A stretch of 63,549 nucleotides of DNA, the filler included, from Moniliella sp. 'wahieum' (taxonomy: Eukaryota), in assembly GCA_003971905.1 (NCBI GenBank). It is 3 parts of 3 records of this genome, joined end to end, with 100 filler letters (N's around TTAATTAATTAA, not from the genome) between each part and the next. Parts side by side here need not be neighbours in the genome. Positions count along the whole stretch, not along the records: positions 43,181 to 63,549 come from RSEE01000189.1; 2 more parts are not named here. One strand, 5' to 3'. This document shows positions 58,351 through 63,549 of the stretch, one piece after another (the stretch's first letter is position 1; each line of letters starts with the position of its first letter). The notes under the pieces were generated by a model. That model was not told the origin of the DNA, did no database searches, and worked only from the letters and a program-made list of their open reading frames with translations. The position numbers and the translations under genes are program-made.

Positions 58351-61300
58351 CTAGCTCCGCGCCAACGCAACGATCAAGTCCCATTCCGCCAAACAAGCGA
58401 CGAACCTGGACCACACGCCGGATCTCGCGTGGGGGTGACGGCGACGCGCTGGGGCGTGCAGCGGGTCCGCGGGGTGCCATTGCGCCTGGCTCACGTCCTG
58501 GCCGGTCCTGCGCAGGGTCCTGCGCCATGTGCGAGAGGGTCTGGGTCGGTATCCGGGTCGTGGCCGAGCACTTTGCGCAGTTTCAGCTACAAAAGTCGTG
58601 TGTCAGCACGTCCCTCCTCTCGTCCGGGGTCAGTGTACGGCGGAGTTCCCATGCGCGAGCGGGTTCTGTGCCCGATCCCGAGCCGGGGTGGTTGGGGTCG
58701 GCGAGAACCGGTGGGGAAGACGAGGAAATCAGCGGGGGTCTGGAGGGAGCGGAGGAAAGATCCCATCAGGAAGAAGATCAAGGCGACGAGGATGACGGTG
58801 GAGAGGGGGGGTACTTGGCGTTGGCACAGTGCGCGGAACGGGTTGGGCGTCGAGGTCCCAAGCTAGATGCTGTGGTGGTGTGCGGCTGCGGCGGGTGGTA
58901 GAGTGCAGAGCGTCGCCACGAGGCGAGGTGGTAGAGTCGGAGATATCTGTCCCAAGCGCGACAGGGGCGAGTTGGCTAACAAACTAATGATGGGCGAAGC
59001 GCTTGAGCTCGGGGGGCCTAAGGACGCCGCAGTAACCCTTGGGATTCCTGCGCGCCTAGTGTGTGGGATCCTCCGTCGCGCACATGGGTAGCCTCCGTGG
59101 GTCCCTGCACCTCGTCGTCCTCAGGACTGGCTTCCTTGTTGGTCGTCTTGCCGTGCGCCTTGGGGTCGGACTTGGCCTGGGCGCGCACAGGTTTCGGGAC
59201 AAGATGCGGTTCATGTGCGCAGCAAGCGGGGTATGGTACAAGGCGGGGACATACGAGTGTTCCTCGGGATCAGCCAGTGTGTCCGAAACCTCGTTGAGCC
59301 TAGAGGCGGGTTAGTTCCTTGCCACACACATATAAGCGAAGGGGGGTCCAGGGGGGGGAGAGGGGGGGGATATGACGTACTTGCATAGGACGGGGACGGG
59401 GTCCGCATCTGGACTCTCGCGCTGGAGCAGAGCCGAAGTTTTGTTGACATGAATCACGTCCATGGGGCCATTGTTGAACCAGACCAACGACGGCAGTTTG
59501 GTCGCTTTGGCCGTCCATTTTCCGTGGCGGCAGTACCGGTTCCTCGTCCGAATCCTCATCTTGTTGCGCAAACGTTGCTGTATCCCCCGCCGGTGGATAC
59601 GGGGCACAATGGTGCACGTGAGCAGTGCATCGGTCCAGCTCTGGTCGGGGAAAGGGTAACGCCGCATCGTCCAATGGGGCCAGGTAGAGCCGCACCAGGT
59701 GCCGGCGAGGCCGGTGCTGGGAATCGAGCGTGGCAGCAAGCAAGCCGAAGGCGGCAAGTCGTACACCGCAGCCTCGAGCGGGACCGGGTCCGAATGAGGA
59801 GGATCGGCATCCAAGTTGAGCAAGCTAGGCGCGTCGCTATCGGGCTGGTGTCTCCCCCGCCGAGCCCGAGCCCAAGCCCAAGCCCGATTCGGCCGCGGCG
59901 TCGTCCCGCCCGCCGTGTTCTCGTCGCTCTCCCCCGCTGTGGACTGGTCAGGGGATCGGTGATCGTCGCGTCGGCATCGGACAGCGAATGGGTCAAACTG
60001 GTGGAACGCAAGAGGGAGGCCTTGACCTCGGCCCCGGTCTGAGAAGGCAAAGTAGGAGACGGATGGCGAGGCGCGGGCACGCGTACCGCCTCGGCGGTGA
60101 TGGTGTACCCCCTAGGAAAGTGGCCTAGCTCCACGGTCACTTCCAGCACGATGTCTTCCCTTGGACGGTTGGGGCCATCGCGTTTGGACAAGCTGACCGC
60201 CCTGCGTGCCTCGCCAATCGCATTGGATAAGGACAGAGGGGACGTAGGGTCGGCAGCACTGTTGGATGTGGTGCGGGACCGAGACCAAGGGAGCGAGGAG
60301 CGGCAGGTCGCTGGCCGAGGACGGGAAGCCCGTGGGGGAGGCAAGGCGGGACTAGCCTGTTGGGATGATGGCGCGTCGGGGTCGTCGGTGAACGCACTAA
60401 AGCTAAGTGTGCGTCGGTCGGTCGCTTCGGGCGGTGGGGCGGCGCAGTTCGCGCATGGTAGAAAAGTGCGCGGAATCATGGTGCGTGGACCTGGACGCGG
60501 ACCCGGACCCGGCGGGCGCGGTGGCAGCGGCGGCGACGGAGGCCGAAGCACCCAGACGAATGAGCGCGCGAGCTTCAAACTTTTTAGTGCGTGGATCAAA
60601 GTCTTGCGACAAAAGTGTCCTGTTCTCGGCACCCTTGGGCAGGGTGAGCGCCCAGGGCAGATCCGGATCTTCGTCCCGTCCGTCCCCAAGGACCACGACA
60701 CTGGACGGCGGCAGCGTGACTGCCGGCCCGATCCCGGAACTAGGCGCTGGGCCCTTGAGGTAGGCTTCGATTTGGTTGATGGTCTTGGGCAGTGCTGCGT
60801 TCCAGGAGGTGTTGACGGAGGAAGGGACCGACGCCAAAGTCGATGGCCATGACGTGGGTGAGGCGGGTAGAAGGGATAGCATAGGCTGTGGAAGTATAAG
60901 GATCAACCGTTTCCAAGATCCAACCGTCAATCAGAACCCGCCCGACGGGCAGGTTGGCCGGGTTAAGTTTCCCGCCAAACACATAATCTGGCGAACCATC
61001 TTCCTTCTTGCTCGACGGGAGGGACAAGCCGACGCACGTGCAATGCTCTCCCACGAACAAGACGCCGCGGCATAAAAGTACGCGATGGGCTTGCCCGGGT
61101 TGGCGGCCGCGATCGGCTGTGCCCAGGCCTGCGTCGGGCGGAATGGGATCGAGCGCGGGCTGATCGGCATAGCGATGGGTCGAGGCCTGCGCGCGCGCCA
61201 AGTGGTTCGCCTGGGTCGGGGAGGCAGTGCGGGCCGTCAAGTGGGCAACGCAAAAGGCGCGGCCACGAAAGGGGAAGGAAGGTTTGGTCGTGGCAAAGTA

Positions 61301-63549
61301 CACTCCTGCGCCGTTACCATAACTCTGTAGCGGTAATGCAGCGTCCGCGCTCGTCCAAGCCTTTGCGCACCGCCAGCGACTCGACCGCCTGAAGAAGTTC
61401 TTCGGCCGCCAACCTTGCACCACCTTGTCGGCACGTTGAATCGCGACGCTAGGCGAGATGGATTGCATGTACTTTCGTCGGATGTGAAGCCCGTTGCGTT
61501 CCGACACGAGTGCCCAGCCGGCCGGGGTAACCGAGGGGTCGGAGAGCGCTCGGCGTACAGCCGCCGCAGCAAAAACAGTACATCCAATGGGCCCGTCAGA
61601 CTATCCCGCACCGCATTCCGCGGCGGAGGCAGGCGTACGGACGCGCGCAGACTGTCAGCGGTGCTGGCCGCTTCCGCTGTCAAATCAGATTGTCCGGCAC
61701 GACAGGCGTGGTGGAGCGAGAGAGGTTGACGGGGGTGCCGCCGAGCGTGGAGACATTGTCCAGCGCAGGGGAAGTGCGTGTGCCACTGCGGGCGCCTTTG
61801 AACGCAGGCGAGGTCAGGTCGAGGGGTACATGTTTTGGTCGAGAGCGTTTGCGACGGAAAAGTTCCTTGACTTGATCGTCCTCCAGCTCGTCAATGACAT
61901 GAATGTTGGCGCCGTTGACCATGACTACGCCCCGTTCTTTACCATTCCCCCATGCCGGGCCACGACGAACCGTGATCCTCGCCGTGTCATCCTCCAGCGA
62001 CGCAGGTACATGTTCAATCGTGATCCACAATCCGCCTCCGCCTTGACTGAGTTGTGGCGACGCAAGCAACTGATCTCAATGGTGGTGGGTCAATCACAAG
62101 ATCCAAGTTGGGACTCCAAGACTCGAGGTCGCATCGCAACTCGCACTCGACGTTGGGCGTGTCGTCGGGTAACAAGCCGGGGGCGAGCTCGTACTCGAAT
62201 CGGAACGTGGCCCGCTCATGCTCGTACTGGATCTTCTTCACCTGTCCCCCCAACAGACGCGTGACAACGGGCGGCGCACCAAACTTGATCGCATACTCGC
62301 CGCGCCCGCTACAGCAGCCGTCATGGCGTTGGGAGTGGAGGACTTGGACGTCCAGCCCTTGGGATCGCTCTGCTCCAACAGCGTCACATGCACCGTCGTT
62401 GGCTCAGCGACTCAACGGACCAGCCACGAAGGTCGACTTGGGTCCGGATCACGCCCGACTCGGGCGCGGGGATCTGCGGGAACAAGCCACGGTCGTCGGT
62501 GCTAAAGCTAAAAATGTGAACCGAGGCGGGGACTTGTACGATGTGCTCACCGTCACGGAATCGCGGGCGCTGCCGATGCGTAGATATACACGTTAGTTGT
62601 CACTTCACAAGTGGGAAGGAAGAGATGGGGTGAGGGAGGGGGGGGGGCGCACCTGACGGGCCATGACGCTTTATTCTTCGAGTGCCACAATGAGCTGAGG
62701 TCGTTAAGGTCAGCCAAGAGGGTAGAGCTTTCGTGGGTCTTGTCCCACAAGGCTTGTGCTCCTGGGCTCGAGATGGTGGCGAACAAGTCCCAGACGCCTA
62801 CGCCTACAAACGTCGCTTCCGCCCGGTAGACAATCAAGGTGGGATCGATCGAGTCGAGTTGGGGATGGTCACCCCCGCGAGTCCGACACGTGTTTCCACT
62901 TAGCGTCTGGCTCTTGGAGCAGAGAGGTAAAGTAGATATAGTTCGTCGGATCAGCGCGTCGACGGCGTTGGAGTTGGATCCATTCGGTTGTCCTGCCAGC
63001 GCAGCGCCGGTACGTTCTTACCCACCGCACTGCCCTCAAACGACAAGGCTTGCAACTTATCTGCCTCGTCCAAGATCCAACCGAACGCCTCGCCCGGGTC
63101 GCGCAAGCTGCCACCCCTGTGGATGCGCATGGGCCAGCAGTCAGCTGCGACCGAGGGAACGGGACTACACACGACCGACAGCGGCATCTGGGTGCCCTTG
63201 GCCCAGCGTTCGCTGTTGACTGATCGGCCACTGCGGATGGAGTCGGCACTGCTCGCTTCGGTGCGTGGGTCCGAGACCGACAGGGGGGGGCGTTGAGAGG
63301 ATTGACGGGCCAGACGGGGATCAAGTCCCCGTTGAGCCGGATATCGTCGAGGCGGCAATACGCTGGATCTGCACACTGACCCTTGTCACCTCCTCTTGCA
63401 GCACAAGCGGTCATGGAGAATGGTGACTTCGATCCCGGCTGCATTGTGTGGGGAACGGCGTGCGGACAAGACGCCATTGCGGGTACCGCGAGGGTTCGCC
63501 GCATGTCCGCCCGACTCCCCCGGCAACTGAGTGGATACGCGCATGGCCT
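58351..63549 (-). CDS. Large multi-START (SRPBCC) domain lipid-binding protein with C-terminal membrane segment; 5' end lies beyond the window; frameshifted
   Basis: WKHVSDSRGV..LIVYRAEATFVGVGVWDLF..WDK..LWH..WPV|SARDSV..HIFSFS..IRTQVDLRGW..LLEQSDPKGW; further START-like unit (LVSERNGLHIRRK..QRADKVV..RVLIDGWILETVDPY); introns 62652-62570 and 59380-59300; hydrophobic VILVALIFFLMGSFLRS; stop at 58351-58353. Confidence 0.82.

Overview
Eukaryotic, GC-rich, intron-poor fungal DNA, most consistent with a basidiomycete yeast (GT..AG introns with CTRAY branch points, TTAGGG telomere, basidiomycete-type PPR, START and epsin proteins). It is not one locus: three contigs are joined by artificial 100-nt spacers (N44-TTAATTAATTAA-N44) at 20987-21086 and 43081-43180. 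The assembly has many single-base indels, even in essential RPS23, so most genes are split across several ORF-track entries and were rebuilt here by hand; their boundaries are approximate. Contig 1: Msb2-like signalling mucin, alpha-SNAP-like protein with a Pro-rich PPxY tail, Ccp2-type heme peroxidase, AIF/AMID-like flavoprotein, YqjM-type Old Yellow Enzyme. Contig 2: 419-bp LTR-like tandem unit at the contig edge, mitochondrial multi-HMG-box-like protein, large Ppr5/Rpm2-like PPR protein, secreted GMC oxidoreductase, a candidate microprotein, RPS23, intron-containing tRNA-Ile(AAU), and a cryptic RING+RRM protein. Contig 3 starts at a telomere: secreted PEBP, divergent epsin, DUF2235 hydrolase, a zf-4CXXC_R1 (CDCA7-like)/H1-tail-like/DDT-WHIM-WSD chromatin protein, and a multi-START lipid-transfer protein. 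The most notable signals are the variant CDCA7-like chromatin protein, the hidden RING-RRM protein, and intergenic 7-bp-period arrays that keep TCA/TGA in register while the spacers vary. All family assignments come from motif recognition, not database searches.
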